In this document: positions 44,001 through 59,875 of the stretch, one piece after another
Layout of the letters: each line of letters starts with the position of its first letter
How positions within the stretch are numbered: the stretch's first letter is position 1
DNA from: the human T2T-CHM13v2.0 reference genome, Homo sapiens
Assembly: GCF_009914755.1 (NCBI RefSeq)
Contig: NC_060928.1
DNA: 64,000 nucleotides
Direction: 5' to 3' (one strand)
The notes under the pieces: model-generated
Databases searched by the model: none
What the model saw: only the letters and a program-made list of their open reading frames with translations
What the model was told of the DNA's origin: nothing
Translations under genes and position numbers: made by a program

Positions 44001-44397
44001 AGAGAGATTGATAACCCTGTTGCTGCAAGATGTCCATCATCCAGCAATTATTTTTAGTTCAATGCTTCAGACATTCTTCAGGCCTAGCGGGCATTCTTCT
44101 GTGTACGTTATTTCATGGTGAGTACCCATACAACTATCCTGTTTTTCACTTTCAGTACAGTATTCAATAAATTACATGAGATAGCCAATACTTTATTATA
44201 AAATAGGCTTTGTGTTAGATGATTTTGTCCTACTGTAGGCTAATGTAAGTGTTCTGAGAACATTTAAAGTAAGCTAGGCTAAGCTATGATGGGCAGTAGG
44301 TTAGGTGTATTAAATGCATTTTCTACTTACAACATTTTCAACTTACTCTGGATTTATTGGGACATACATAACCCCATCATAAATTAAGGAGCATCTG
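41002..44397 (+). mobile_element. Full-length Tigger5-like (TcMar-Tigger) DNA transposon with decayed transposase
   Basis: 24-bp TIRs CAGATG(G/C)TCCTTAATTTATGATGG, TA TSD on both sides; remnants of HTH (KKRKAITLEMKLKI) and DDE-type domain (FEDWFLNCFIP, KILLILGN, FIQPMDQG); about 2.39 kb after removing MER11. Confidence 0.9.
41410..42413 (+). mobile_element. MER11 (HERV-K11/HML-8) solo LTR nested in the Tigger
   Basis: Starts TGTTGCGGGAAGTCAGGGACCCC, ends GGTTCCCCCGATA; perfect 6-bp TSD TTTCAC at 41404-41409 and 42414-42419. Confidence 0.93.
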
Positions 44398-45837
44398 TAA
44401 ATATCTGACTATTTCTTTATAACACTAAAAATGCAGTGTTATTCCAATTATCAACTTTATATATATTTATATATTATGCTTATTTATACTGTAGTATACA
44501 AAATACAGATTATATATTTTCTAGGACATAATTTTTGTGTATATACATATTTATTCAGACATATGGTTATAAATCTATCTAAAAAAAGAAAGAGAAGGAA
44601 AAGAAAATAAGAGATGAAGAGGGAGAGAGGAAGAAAGAAAACATGTACAAAAATAGTGGTTCCCTACGGATGATAGGATTATAAGTAAATATTTTTATTA
44701 TTTAAGTTTTTTATGCTTCTCTAAATTTTACTAGCCCCATCTCATGATTACAAAAATATATTGTCACATGATAACTAATTAACTGCAGAAAACTTTTAAA
44801 CCCTTAATTAAGTTGTTAATTTTTTTCCATATTAGTCATTTACTCAAAGATCTAGGTCAATGATTTTTGAATTCGAGTTTCTTTCTTCCAATTCAGGGTG
44901 TTTTTAATTACTTGGAAGAATGTTGCAAAATGCTTAAGATATGCTCTCAAAAATTCAGTAAGTAAGGGTTTTAAATCTACCTTTCTGTATGCCACATATC
45001 ACTTTTGGAAGTAGGAATAAAGAAAGGGGCAGAAGAGTTATACAGTTAAACACCAGCGAGAAGAGGTCATGACTCCACATCAACTGGGGATCCCTGCTAG
45101 GCATAGAGGCCCTTGGATCCTTTGCTGTTTTGCAAACCAAAATATCTGGGTTGTAATTTAACTGCATTATTTTATGGAGTTGTATAAATAACTTACACTT
45201 TTGACTATAAATGTTTGTCAAGCTTCTAAAACATCTTGCTTATCCAAGCCTTTTCACCAGCTGGCATGGAATCAGGATTGGCAATCAAGGTGTAAGTAAA
45301 TGATCAGTTTTACAGACATGTTTAGTAGGATACAATAAACATATATGAAGTACCTCTGAAAAGAGACCTGCTCAGCTTCCATTGCTTTAAAAACACATAC
45401 CTAGGCAATTTTTACTGCCCTACCAATTTTTATTACACTGTATATATTGAGTAATTTGGTTTCTGCTATGTTTAATAACATTCTTAATGTGTGCTATGTT
45501 GATTGTTCCAGATAAATACTGGAAGCCAATTTATAAACATCTTTCAGTCTGATTAAATTTATATGTGCCCAATTCTGATTTTCTAAATATTGTGCACAAA
45601 GACAGACTTGACAATGCTCTCTGCAGCTGTCCTAGATGTTTCACATTAATAAATGCATGCTAGCAGATTTCTAACACCCAGAGAGTCAATTAATTTATAA
45701 TGCATGAGTCACATCATGCTTACTGCTTCACTAAAGCAGAATCCTAAAAATGAAGCCTGTTTTAAAATGAGGGAGGAGAGGCTCTGCAAGCTGACAAGCT
45801 TATGTTCTTGAGGGACCCAGATGTTTGTGGCTGAATC

Positions 45838-46065
45838 GTAATAGCTACCACTTACTGACCACTACACAACACCAAGAGTTTTACAAATGTCATCTCTCTT
45901 TGTTACAATAACCCTGCAAATTAGGGGTCATTTCTACCATTTTGCAGTTGAACAAACCAAGTTTCAGAGAGGTTAAATAACGTTTCCTTAGTCAAACAGC
46001 TTCTAAAAGGGGAAGTTCAAACTATGAACATGGGTTTATTTGACTTGGACCCTTTTGAGCTCTCA
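45838..46065 (-). mobile_element. MIR SINE
   Basis: 'ccattttgcagttgaacaaaccaagtttcagagaggttaaataac..gtcaaacagct'. Confidence 0.7.
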
Positions 46066-46197
46066 CTTGTGTCATGCTGGCTGCCCATGGGCTTGGGCAA
46101 GATTACCCCGAGAAAGAAAGTAGCAGTCATTCTTAGCCCTCTTAGGAACTGGATAAAAGCTATAGCTGCAGTGGTTAGAAATATCCACATATAAAAC

Positions 46198-46204
<7 letters not shown>

Positions 46205-46239
<35 letters not shown>
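46205..46239. repeat. (CA)n microsatellite, about 17 units
   Basis: Read directly. Confidence 0.95.
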
Positions 46240-46244
<5 letters not shown>

Positions 46245-48216
46245 TCTTAAATTAGTTCGCGGGTTCTCTAGGAAATAATTCACCTGGGTTAAGAACCCCT
46301 GACTAGGGGTAATGTAATGTAATGTAAATATTTCAAGAGTAGGAGAGGAAAAGTGTTCCAAAATGGAAACTGAGGATAAAAAAAACCTAAAAACAATGAC
46401 AACAAAATTAGAGTTACAGAAATCAAGATTGGAGAGAATTTCAAGAAGGCAAATTGATTAAAACAAGGAGTCCATTGCATTTAACAAGTAGAAAGTTGGA
46501 ATTTGTATTGTAATTGATTAAGCAGTGAGGTGAGGAAATTAAGAAAAGAATAAGCTCCGTAGATGGCAAGCAGGCGTTATATGAAGTGTGAACTCTGGTT
46601 ATTAACGACTGCCTGGAATAACATGTTTAAAGGTTCAGAGGCTGGTTATAGACTTGGGAAAAGGGTGTGGGATTGATAGGGAATGTCTACAGACAGCAAC
46701 AGTGGAAAACATGTGTGCCGACGATTTGCTAGCCCAAGTAGACACCTCTTTTTAGTAACTGTGCATGAAGAAAAGAAATAGGAGAGTAGCTAAAAGGCAT
46801 ATAGGGTTAAGGAAAATTTTTCTTGCTTGTTTTTGTGGTAAGATGGGAGGTACTTGAAAATGTTTACAAACGGACAGGACATAGAGAAAAGAAATGGCTT
46901 GCAGAGCAGTATCAGCATGCAAGAGAACACAAAAGGAAGTGGAGTCAGAGAAGAAGAATGCGGAGAAAGAACACCATCTTATATAAGATGAGAAGAAAGA
47001 AAGTGAGAATAAATACAGATCAATTTGCTGTACAGAGGCAGAAAATGGATGTATTCCATTCCTTAAATCTCAGAGGACTCTGAAATAGAAGTCTGCTAGG
47101 GATGGGGCAGATGTGAGAGGAATAAAATTGATTATTTATTCATTCACATAATATTTGTTGAGTACCTACAGTGTGCAGGCATTCTTCAGGTACTAGGACT
47201 ATAATAAATATGGTAGCTAAAACAAAGCCCCGCTATCACTTTTGTGGGAGAAGCAGGCTTTAAGAGAATGTTTATGAATAATGTGGCAGACAGCGATAAG
47301 GACTCAGCAGGAAAGTACATGAGTATAAGGAGGCTAGAGAACAATTCAATGGGAGGGCGCTATTTTACAGGGTGGTCATGGGGGGGCCTTGAATGGAAAA
47401 AAGGAGGAAAAACAAACAGCAAGTGGTAATGCTCTGTAAGATGGAGGTGTGCTTAGCGTGTCCAGCAACTGACAGTGCGTCTGGACTACAGTGAGTGAGG
47501 AAAAAGAGTAAGGAGGAAAGTTACAGAGCAGGAGGGAGGAGATCAGAGAGACTTTGCAGGTCATGATAAGAACTTGGCTTTTAATCAGGATGAAATAGAA
47601 AGCCATGGCGAGGAGGTTCTGCACAGAGAAAGGACACAATCTGAATTATATTTGAAAAGGATCATGTCCACTATCGGGAAAAGGCAGTAGAAAGGCAGGG
47701 GTGTACAGATGGAGAGATGTTAGGAGGCTTTTGTAGCATTCTAAGTGAAAGATAAAGGATGGGATGGGCCAGGGTAATAGCAACCAAGGAGGTAAAAAGT
47801 GGTCAGTTTCTGGTTCAAGACTTGCAACTAGATTGAATGTGGGGTGTGAGAAAAAAGAGCAGTAAAAAATGACTCCAAAGGTTGACCAGAGCAATTAGAG
47901 CAGTGGAGCTGCTCTTTAGTGATGTGTGGAAGATCTGGAAGAGGAGCAGCTTTGGAGAGTAAGGGTGGAATTCCAGCATTTGGTTTTGAACATGCTAAAT
48001 TTGAGATCTCTAGGAGACATCCATGTGCAAACGTTGAATAGATAGTTGGATATGCAAGTCCAAAATTCTGAGAGTTCAGACTGGAGATATACATTTGGGA
48101 GACTTTGACACATAGATAATAGTTAAAGCCATGAGATTATATGAGATCATCTAATGAGGCAATGTAAATAAGGAAGAAGAAAGGTCCAAGTTCTGAGCCA
48201 TCAGGCATTTCAAAAT

Positions 48217-48511
48217 TCATTTATTTATTCATTCATTCATTTACTGAGACAGAGTCTCACTTTGTCACCCAGGCTGGAGTGCAGTGGTGCAATCAGAGCT
48301 CATTGCAGTCTCACACTCCTCCCACTTCAGTCTCCCCAGTAGCTAGGACTACAGCCACGTACCACCACACTCAGCTAATTTTCTATTTTTTTGTAGAGAC
48401 AGGTTCTTGCTATGCTTCCCAGGCTGGTCTTGAACTCCTGGGCTCAAGTAATCCTCCTGTCTTGGCCTCCCAGTGTGCTGGGATTACAAGCATGAGCCAC
48501 CATGCCCTGCC
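48217..48511 (-). mobile_element. AluJ with internal deletion
   Basis: Reverse Alu, J diagnostics (gaactcctgggctcaagtaatcctcc), (TTCA/TTTA)n tail. Confidence 0.9.
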
Positions 48512-48547
48512 CATTCCAACATGTAGAAATCATGAAGAAGAAAAAGG

Positions 48548-48872
<325 letters not shown>

Positions 48873-49327
48873 CTAGCTAGCAAGGGAGGAGTGGTGAGTA
48901 AGGTAGGAGGAGCACCTTGAAAGAGTGATAAGAACAAGGAGATAAACAGAGAAAGTGTTTCAAGAAGACACCAATTCACTGTGTTGAATGTGGTCCAGCA
49001 AAGTTGGAACTGAATTCTGACCACTAAATTTGTCATAATAAAGGTAACCAGTGCCCTTAAGAAGAATGTTTTCAGTACAGTGGTAGAGATGGAGGCCATG
49101 TTAGATTAGAGAGAGAGTGGGAAAACAATATTTGATGAGTGTGGGCAACTCTTTCCAGAGTTTCATTGTAAAAGGGAGTGGGAGCTATAAAGAAATGGAA
49201 CAGCATCTGGGAAACATATGGGGTCAAGGAAGTTTCATTTTGAGGACAAAAGATATTATGGCATAATTCTATGCTAATGAAATTATCCAAAAGAGAGGAA
49301 AAACCAATGATACAGGAGGGAGGCAAT

Positions 49328-49831
49328 ACCTAAGTTTTAAGTTGCACACCATTCTGAGTAGTGGGATGAAATCTCATGCCATCCCACTCCATCCCGCCCA
49401 ATACATGAATCACCTCTTTGTCTAATGTATCTATGCTGTATATGCCACCTGCAGAAGGTCAATAGTAGCCTAACGCTACGTCAACAATGCCCACGTCATT
49501 CACCTCACTTCCTCTCACCATGTAGGCATTTTGTCATCTCACATCATCACAGGAAGGGCGAGTACAGCACAGTAAAATATGTTGAGAGACCAAATTTATA
49601 TAACTTTTATGGTAGTATATAGTTATAATTGTTCTATTTTATTATTGTTGTTGTTCATCTCTTACTGTAGCTAATTTATAAGTTAGACTTTATATAGGTG
49701 TATGTGTGTGGTATATGTGTATACATATTTGTAGGAAGAAACATATACGTATAGGATTTGGTGCTATCCGCAGTTTGAGGCATCCACTGAGGGTTTTGGA
49801 ACATATCGCCTTGGACAAGAAGGAACTACTA
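49328..49831 (+). mobile_element. MER44/Tigger7-derived DNA transposon fragment
   Basis: 'attctgagtagtgggatgaaatctcatgcc', ends 'aggcatccactgagggttttggaacatatc..ggacaagaaggaactact'. Confidence 0.8.
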
Positions 49832-50790
49832 TGTAAAAATAATATGGATAATATTGTCTATATTTATTCAATAAGAACTCAAAAACTCAGAAATACAGAG
49901 TACTCATACAAATTTGTAATTTCCTGCCTACAATATTCTTAATTTCCTTATAATTCTTAGATATTATTGTCTTTATATATTATTCATGATGAGCTATTAC
50001 ACAATTTACTCTGAAAACAGGAAATCAGAGGCATCCAGGCACCTCATAGATAAAGAACCTAAATCTATTCCCTGCTTTAAATATTTTCCTTGCATAGCTG
50101 ATACCTGCTACGGACGTTAATACACCCTTTCTCCACACCTCCTGCTCCTCAGAGTTCGGATCCTCTATCCTTTACTTCCTCAGGATGAAAATAAATGGCC
50201 AAGCCTCATGGACAGGCCAACTGAGACACAAGCAGCAGAAGGCAGCTCAGTGTATCACATCCCTCCAGAGAGGTGGTGCCTGGGTCATCATTTCACGGAA
50301 GTCAACAAGATAGGCTATGAAAGAAATAGCAACAGAAGGAAGCAGCTGCTGCCTGACTCCCTGCCCCTTCTGGTCTTTAGAATTCATGAATCCCCACACC
50401 TGAACTATGGAGAGAGGCAGCTGCCCCATCATTCCCATCCTACACCCACCATTGGGCACACTTTGGCTCAGCACTGGCCACAGAGTTCAAGTGGAATAGC
50501 CTCTAGTGCATCTCCAGAGAGGACAGGCAGGGGCAAGGAATGAGCTGGGCTTTGGGTGACAGGTCTAGGAGGAAGGGAACCACCAAGGACCCACAGCACG
50601 AACTCAGTAGTTGTGAAGACAAAAGAGGATTATATCTGTGAAAGACCCTTGAATAAGTGACTAATGTAGTGAATTACTGATGTTGCAAAGATTCAGCCAA
50701 GATTCATGTAGACTCTCTGGTCTGTATGGGAACTTTGAGGTACATCAAAGGCCTGTGCAGTCATTCCTCATATCAACATGGACATATTAA

Positions 50791-51141
<351 letters not shown>

Positions 51142-51237
51142 AAAACTCCATTTTATGCCGTGTGTTTCAGGATAACTACTATGCAGACCTGTTTTCTTAT
51201 GCCACACAACTTTCAATAATTATATGCCATATATTAA

Positions 51238-51520
<283 letters not shown>

Positions 51521-52137
51521 ATGTTACAATACTTTTTTAAAAAAAAAAGAATTTACGCAAATCACCATTCCTACATTTTCTGTAGCGAGACCAAATAAAC
51601 GTCACCCACCAGGTCACAAAACCTTAAGGATGCCAGCAGCTGGGTAAGCTGAGTGCTGCTGAAATGCCAGAGGGAGAACAATGGCACTTGGAGCACTCAG
51701 GCAGCTCCAGCGAGATGTACTGCCCACATTTTAAAGCTTTACTTTTACTCCATCAAAGAAAATGATATCTCATTTTGACCAAATCAAGGCATAGTTAGAC
51801 CTGGCAGTCAAAACCCTTAGCTCCAGCCTGTGTAGAGGCCCTGAGCCCCATGACCTTCCTCCAATTGCTATAAGCTCCTGACTCCTAGCACACTCTTGTT
51901 CCTGCTATCCTCACAACCTGGTGTGTCCTCCCACTCATTCACTTCTCAAAATCCCATCCATGCTCTCAGCTTTCACCTCTTTCCAAAGCTTTGTCTGCTT
52001 TCCTATAGCAGATGGGAAGTTTATTTCTTCCAAATATACACAGATCATTGTCTCAATTCATTTATAGCATTACATTCTGCCTTAAAATATAGGTATTGAT
52101 AGCTTATCTCTTCTATTAAACTGCATGCTCCTTGAAC

Positions 52138-52360
52138 AGCTAACACTTACGGTGTTGTTACAGTATGCCAGGTACTGTGATGTTGGTTTTGCAGACATCA
52201 GCAGGTACCATTATTCACCCCATTTTACAGCTGTGGAAACCGAGACCAGGAAATGTTGAGTGACTTGTCTAAGATCACACCACTAGTAAATGGAAATACT
52301 GAGACATACATTTGCGTCTGCCAGATTCCTGAGCCTAGGTTTTTAACTATGATGTTACAC
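52138..52360 (-). mobile_element. MIR SINE
   Basis: 'ccccattttacagctgtggaaaccgagacc..gtgacttgtctaagatcacaccactagtaaatgg'. Confidence 0.8.
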
Positions 52361-55300
52361 CACATAGTCCTTCCACAGTGGAAGGCATGCCAAAAACATC
52401 TGACTCTTTAAAAATTCATTCTTATATGAATTTTTATTCAACCTACATTTATTAAGCCAGGCACTGCAGTGATGCTAGAGAAACATGGAAAAATAAGTCC
52501 TAAACTCTTCAACAGGGGAACTTATGGTCACAAATAACACAAAGAGGTTAGTGCACTTTAAGATTCCCATACTTTATTCTCATACTTTCCAAGCAATTGG
52601 AAAATCTTTTGACAGAGGCTCAAGTTGTGAAAACTAGTTAAAGTCCTCACTTCGCACTGCAATAAAATGTTTTATAATGAGAAATCAACCACCTTAATTT
52701 ATTTTAACAGATAACATTATACAATTAGCGATGCTGAGATTAAATCAGATACTGTAATGTTATAACCAAGAGTATCTGAATACATTTCTTTTATAGCATA
52801 GATGTTCTCCATTGAGACAGGAAATGTAGCTTAGCATTTTTAGAGCCACTGGCTAAATTACCTCTATTGATGAGGCTCGGCAGGTTCTTTCTGAACGATT
52901 CTAAATAACTGCTGAGGGATGAAAGAAAGTGTTCCACAGACTGTAGCCACAGCATGCTCGGAGTCTACTGGGGAGAGAATAAAGCACTTGCCCCATGCAT
53001 GAATGGGTCTGCGTCCCGCCTGGAGCATGGCTGACTAGCCATCCCTGAAATTGTATAAATGAAAGGAAGTAGGCCAAGGTAGACATTTGTATTAATAATT
53101 GGTGTGCACAAGTAAATTAGGCTATCCCACCAGGTCCTCCATAAAGGATGGAAAGCCAGTATGAACCTTCAGAAATAAAGTCTGCTAAAGCAATCTTTTC
53201 AAAGCTTTTGACAAATTGCAAACCTCAGCCATTTGTTTTGTTTCATTGAAAGGAAAGTTCAGGGAAAAGTTTCAGTTCAGTTCACACACAACACATGTAC
53301 AGATTCACATACACACAAAGAGTGTATAGGTGTATGAAGCATGAACCAGGACATGAGAGTTATGTAGCACTGTCCTTATTCACAGAGGCAGTCAAGGGAC
53401 CTGGTTGTGCCATTAGGCATGGGAGCATTTTTCACCAATGTCAGAAGGCAGGCACATAACAGTTCCGGGCTCCTTTAGCTTCCAGGTATCGTGCCCCACA
53501 TCAACAATCCACAGCACAATGAAATCTGGCCCCTTGTTTGCACAGTCATGTTGCGATAGCAGGAACAGTGAAAGGCAGTCCCCATCAGAGGAGAGAGGTC
53601 AAGTAATAAAACCAAGTTATGGCTCAGATTTTTCACATTTTGAAAGGAAACAAAACATTTGGAACCTCTTTGCTTTTGCGGTCCTGAGGAATGGAATTTT
53701 AACCTGCCTATTTTTTGGTGTAGGAAATTTCCAGGTTTCTAAATTGTCTTCAACATCTCCCTTTCATGAAGAGCACATAGCAGGTAAAGAATAATGAGAA
53801 ATATTAGTTCATTTAATAATGCTATAAAATCTAATCTTTGCAGGGAAAAAAAAAGCTAATTTATTTTGACAGTAATATCTTTTACACCAAACATCATCAA
53901 TCTTATATCATTACATAATAAATTTTTATTCTTTCACTTGCACAAACATTAACAATAATAATCCAAAAGGAATAATAAAATCAAAGTTAATAAATAATGG
54001 TGAATTATTTAAATATTTTAATTAAAAAATAGATTCCCAAACTTCCTCTCAATTGTATTGACACTTAAATTAAAGCAAAACATAAGCAATTAAAGACTAA
54101 CAAAGTTTTGAGGTTTAACTCGAGTAATTAAAGAGTAATATTATAGTACTTAAAGAATAGAAAATAGATTCCCTTGATAGTGCTATTCCATTCCTTAACC
54201 ACACAAATATTTAAATAACAAAAATGTAGTAGTATTGAAACCTGAAAAACATCTTTACCTAAAAGTTCTCATTATTCTTAAGAAACTGAAAGCTCTGCAT
54301 ACAGAAACAGAATGCACATTCTCATTGATCTTGAGTGTCACTCAAGAAACACATTTGATATGGTTTTTGCCTTGATAATGAGGACACAATAAACTATGAA
54401 AAATGTCATTTCTGGAAAATTTGTTGGCTATAGTTCAGCAAGAAATGAATCTTTTTAACAGATATGGCATGATGACTTTGATGAATTGAACTTTTAAATA
54501 TATGGAGCATTAGAAAAGATATGCCCTTAGAAATGAATTAATTTAGATACAACAGCATACTGTATACCATAATTCATTGTCTCCACGTTCATCACTGCAG
54601 AGTGGTTCTGTCCATGTGACAAGGTCCCTCTTCAAATTCCTATTTGGGCTTCACTTGAATTCATTAACTTAAAAAATGATGACCTAGCTTGGACCCAATC
54701 TCTAAGTTTTCTATTAACTCTTAACAATTCTATAAATTTAGTGTTTTATGCACTCTGAAACTTTACATGGTTTGAAGATAAAAATTTCAGGAAAATATCC
54801 TTCTGAAAGATTCTTTTTATCTACTTAGCAGAAAAGTTTCAGCTACAAGACAATTCCAACAAGACAAGTCAATATCTTGGTCAATTTCTGTATATGCATC
54901 ACTTTGAAAGTTGTTTAAAATAAATTAAAATCTTATAAATGCCAAATATTAAAATTTAATACTCCACTATGGGGTTTTGTATTTTGATGTTTAGACAGGG
55001 AACTGAAATCTTATATAAAGACACATATTCATATTACTGGGATTCATATGATGCCCTGATGGATAAAGTCAAACAACATTTATCTAATTTTGGTTATAGT
55101 TTAAAAGTAAGAAGTTTGAAGGCTTGTAATGTAGGATACCATTTTTGGTATCCTAAAGTATTTAAAAGCATACCCAGCATAGGGTGAGACAAGTTGAGAA
55201 AATATAGGTAACAGAAAAAGTATCCTTTTTCAAGAGATTTATCATATTGATTTTAGTAGTATGCTGCCTGCCATAGCTACTGTCAGCCAACAAAGGCACA

Positions 55301-55834
55301 TCTGAAATGATGCTGACTTCCAGTCCCCAAGCAAGAAACCTTCTAATGTAAACCATCGATTAACTGTTACCAAACTTTTCCTAAAATGAATGCTTATATT
55401 GCCCATGGAGTCTAATTTACTGACAAAATAATAAGTGTATTATAAATCATTGAAAGTATTAAAGTATGTTACATCTTGGTAATCACAGTACTTAAGAGCA
55501 ATAGTTTGAGCTCCTGTTAGTATAAAGAGAAAGGAGACAGATCAATTTCCAATAATAATTTATAAGAATAAAAACTTTCTATTTAAATTTACTTTTAACA
55601 GAACAGAAACCTAGAAATGACCGGGGTACTTTAGTTATTGGAATTTCTAGATAGTATTGGAAGTTCTAGAAACGAACAGGAATGAAAGAAATTTCCTACT
55701 TTTTAAGGATATTTTTTAATGACAAAATAAAAGCTTCTCCTTCTCAATGATGAATAGGAAGAGGTTTCCCAATCCAAATTTATTTGCCTTGTGGTTTTCA
55801 TTAAAATCTACACATAGGAAACTTCATATTATAG

Positions 55835-56331
<497 letters not shown>

Positions 56332-58217
56332 CAAACTAAAGATTTAAAAAGGATTTTTTTTCCCCTCTAAACAAGGGAGCTAATGCCTATGGGAAAATAA
56401 CATTCTTAACAAATAAAACCCAGGGGATATAGTCAGACAAAGGAATAAATTCTCATTTTCCACACGACTTTCAAACTAGTAAACAATACAAGAATTCTAT
56501 AATAGTTTCTTTTCAACTCATGCCATATAATGTACAAAGTAAGTTTGTATGTAATGGCAACTCCTGATCAGCTTTCCAGACATGAAGATTCAATGATTAG
56601 AGGCTTAACTTTAATATGCAAAGTAGAGGGTTGGGTGGATGTGGAGAGGGCATCAGGATAAATAATCCACATAACTGGAAGTGGAAGTTTAGGTCATTTC
56701 CTATCCAAGGATATATATAGGGCATATTGAATAATGGTCAGACTACCTGAAAGGAAACCACAAGCTGATTAGTTCCACTCTAAGGGATGGTTTTTAAAAA
56801 CCAGTTGTTATTCTTCACCATTGATTAGAAGTCTAAATGGAAGGCTACATATGGTGAAAGATATATACATTCAGTCATTACCACAGAAGGGTGATAAATT
56901 ATCCAGCATGCCTGCAGAGAACTCTCTAATCCACTCTTTCAATTTTCACTCTCACCTGTGAAAAAGCCTGAACTGTATGCCAACTGGTTGTTAATAATGC
57001 TCTCTGGAAGGGAGCAAGTTGAAGTTGTTCCCCAAACTGCAAATTAAGAGACAAAGTATGTGTGTCTACTACAGTTGAATGAAATTATATATCAGAATAA
57101 AAGACCATGTCTGCAGTACAGGACTGAAGTATGCTTTCATGTGTCCTATAAAATCCTTGTGCTCTGGGCAGCACAAAGCTCTTAGAATGCTTCCATTTCG
57201 TCTCCCAGAAGAACATCATAACATAGATGTAGCTAACAAAGGCCTCCAAAAGGAAGCTTGTGATATAAAACATAAAATAATTGTTTTTAAATTTGTAGTT
57301 TCCAGATTGGGTTTCTACTCTGCCTGCCAAATACTCTCCTTCTTTCTCATGAGTTAGCTGCACAAATATGGATTTCATTTATTAATGGAAGTGGTGACTC
57401 GGCCACTTTGCATGGATTCTTTAGCTCTTCTATCTCCACTCTCCTCTTCCTCCACAGAACACAGTGAGGTATGATGGATCCAAAGCCAGGAGGAGGGGAG
57501 CTCACAGTGAGGCTGTCTGGCATGGTCTGCAGCGCAGCCTACTCTGGCTGCCTCTCAAAACCCTCCTGACTAGTGCTACCCTCAATCCTTGGCCAGCCCC
57601 TCTGCTGGGCAGCAGAAATGCTAGCACCAATCAATTTCTTTTACATAGGTTCCAAATGCCAGTTTACCAGGAATGTTTCATTCTCGCATGTGCGGCAGAG
57701 AGACTCTTTTGTAACTTTTCTCTAAAAGTGTGTGGGTCTGTATTTATTTGCTACAGAAAAATAAAATGTAAGCCTTCCACAGCTTAGAGCTGGCCCACGT
57801 GTCACTTCTGAGCCATGTGTGCCCTAAGTCTGTCACTCTCCTTCTCTGAGCCCTTGCTGACAGCTATAAAGTAAAATAGCACAATTTTATCAGTCCTGCC
57901 TTCTTCATGGGGTCGTAGCATCAAATGACCTATGTGAACGGGATTTTGATGACTTACTTTCAATTAAATGTATTATATTATTATTAGCCAGGAAAGCTTA
58001 TCAAATCAGACATGCATATTTACACAACACTGCCAAGTTACAAGGTTATATACATGGAATATGAAAGCTGAATCAAGGAAATGGATAAAAGAAGGAGGAA
58101 GGAATTACAGAGAGAGGAGAAGAAAGCCATGAAAGACAAGTGTGAAGGTACATCTGTGCAAGTTCAGTAAGAATCTGAAAAAGTAGAACTTGAAGAGGTG
58201 TCTGTTTACAACCTCAC

Positions 58218-58613
58218 TGTGATGGTTAATGTGATGTGTCAACTTGGCGAGGCTGCGGTGCCCAGTTGTTTGGACAAATACTAGTCTAGATGTTGCTGTG
58301 GAGATATTTTGTGGCTGTGATTAATGTTTACCATCAGTTCACTAAGAAAAGCAGATTTCCCTCAATAATGTGGGAGGGCTTCATCCAATCATTTGAAGGC
58401 CTTAAGAACAAAAACTGAAGTTTCCTGGAGAAGAAAGAATTCTATCTCAAGATTTAACATAGAAATCTTGCCTGAGTTCCAGCCTTCAGGCCTGCCCTAC
58501 AGATTTCGGACTTACCAGTTCCCACAACCGCATGACCAATTCCATAAAATAAATCCCCATACCTCTATAGATGCCCTATGGTTCTGTTTCTCTGGAGCAC
58601 CCTGAGTGATATA
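58218..58613 (+). mobile_element. MLT2 (MLT2D-like) ERVL solo LTR
   Basis: Starts TGTGATGGTTAAT..TGTCAACTTGGC, ends 'ggttctgtttctctggagcaccctga'; TSD ctcac/atcac. Confidence 0.85.
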
Positions 58614-58779
58614 ATCACCAAGGCTGTTTTTACTGGTAATCCCATTGGATTCTTTTTAGTCTTTATCTTATTTGCCATTTTGCAGGAACATGTGCATTCG
58701 AATCATGCCAGCAATACAGTGTAGAGAGAATAAAGTCCTGAGCAAATGAGCATTTTTGGATACAATGAGAAGAGTTTGG

Positions 58780-59875
58780 TGGCTCTCAACGTCAATAAAT
58801 ATCTCCACTTAGCTGTCTTACCAATAGCTCAAACTCAAATGTTCAAAACAGAAATCTTTGCTTCCCATAAGAGGCTTCTTTTCTTGAGTTGCTGCTCCTG
58901 CAGTGTCCCCCTCTGCCCCCACTGGAGATTCATCCTTCCCTTCTTCCTCTGGGTGACTGCTCATGTCTACTCCAGCAAGCTTATAGTTCTTCCTTGAAAC
59001 AGTTTCTCAGATGAAGCCCTCAGCATCAACCCCTACCCAAGTCTGCTCTTCCATCTTTATTCTCCATCTCAGTGGCCTCACTATGATTCGCCAGAATGAG
59101 GACTGAGAGCCACCTCCACTTCTATCTCCTCTTCATTCCTACATCATCACGCGTCTGTCATTCCTAACTCATTAATGCCACCTAAATCCGCCCCAGTCTC
59201 TACATCTCCCCTGCTACCATTCTTTCCAGATCATTTTACGTCCCCCCGCTTAGCTGCAACAATACCCTAATCATCTCTCTCTTCCCATTTGTCCTCCTCC
59301 TTGTCCTTTAGCAGAATGGCCTTCTCAAATGTTCCTCTGACCCTGCCACCCTACTCCTTTAGCCCTTCTAAGACTGCATACTTTTAGGGTAACCACTTGG
59401 AATGGCATGCAAAGTACTCCATAGCCTCATCCTGCTCCAATCTCTATTTTTACTAGTTACTTCCTAATCTCTTTCTTGAACTTTATATTTCAGCTTTATT
59501 TCATACACCACTTCCCAAAATGACAGTTTTTTCTTGGGTTCCAAAGGCTTTGAAAATGCTAACCTCTTGGAAAATACACACTACTTCGATTTTTCACCCA
59601 GACAAGTCCTTCACTGATCTCAGATCCAGAGGCATTCCTGATCCCCTCCACATCTAAATCTGGATTATATTCTCTACTGTCCTCCCACTGCACCTTGGCA
59701 TATCCTGAGCATACTTCTCTCACAAGATTGCTATGTTTTTGTTTTGTTTTCTTCCTCTCTAGATGATAAGGACCTTGAAGACAAAAGTCACGTCTTATTT
59801 GCCATTTATCCTCATCGTATAGCAGAGGGTGTGGTATGTATTAAGCACTCAATATTAGTTTGATGAATGAATCAG
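58780..59875 (+). mobile_element. L2 LINE 3' portion
   Basis: 'atctccacttagctgtct..ctcaaactcaaatgttcaaaacagaa' through 3' end 'aagcactcaatattagtttgatgaatgaat'. Confidence 0.75.

Noticed and set aside
53438-53794. 118-aa ORF in unique sequence (also 57464-57787 and 35605-35877)
   Set aside because: No recognisable domain or exon structure, antisense to the inferred gene, and of a length expected by chance.
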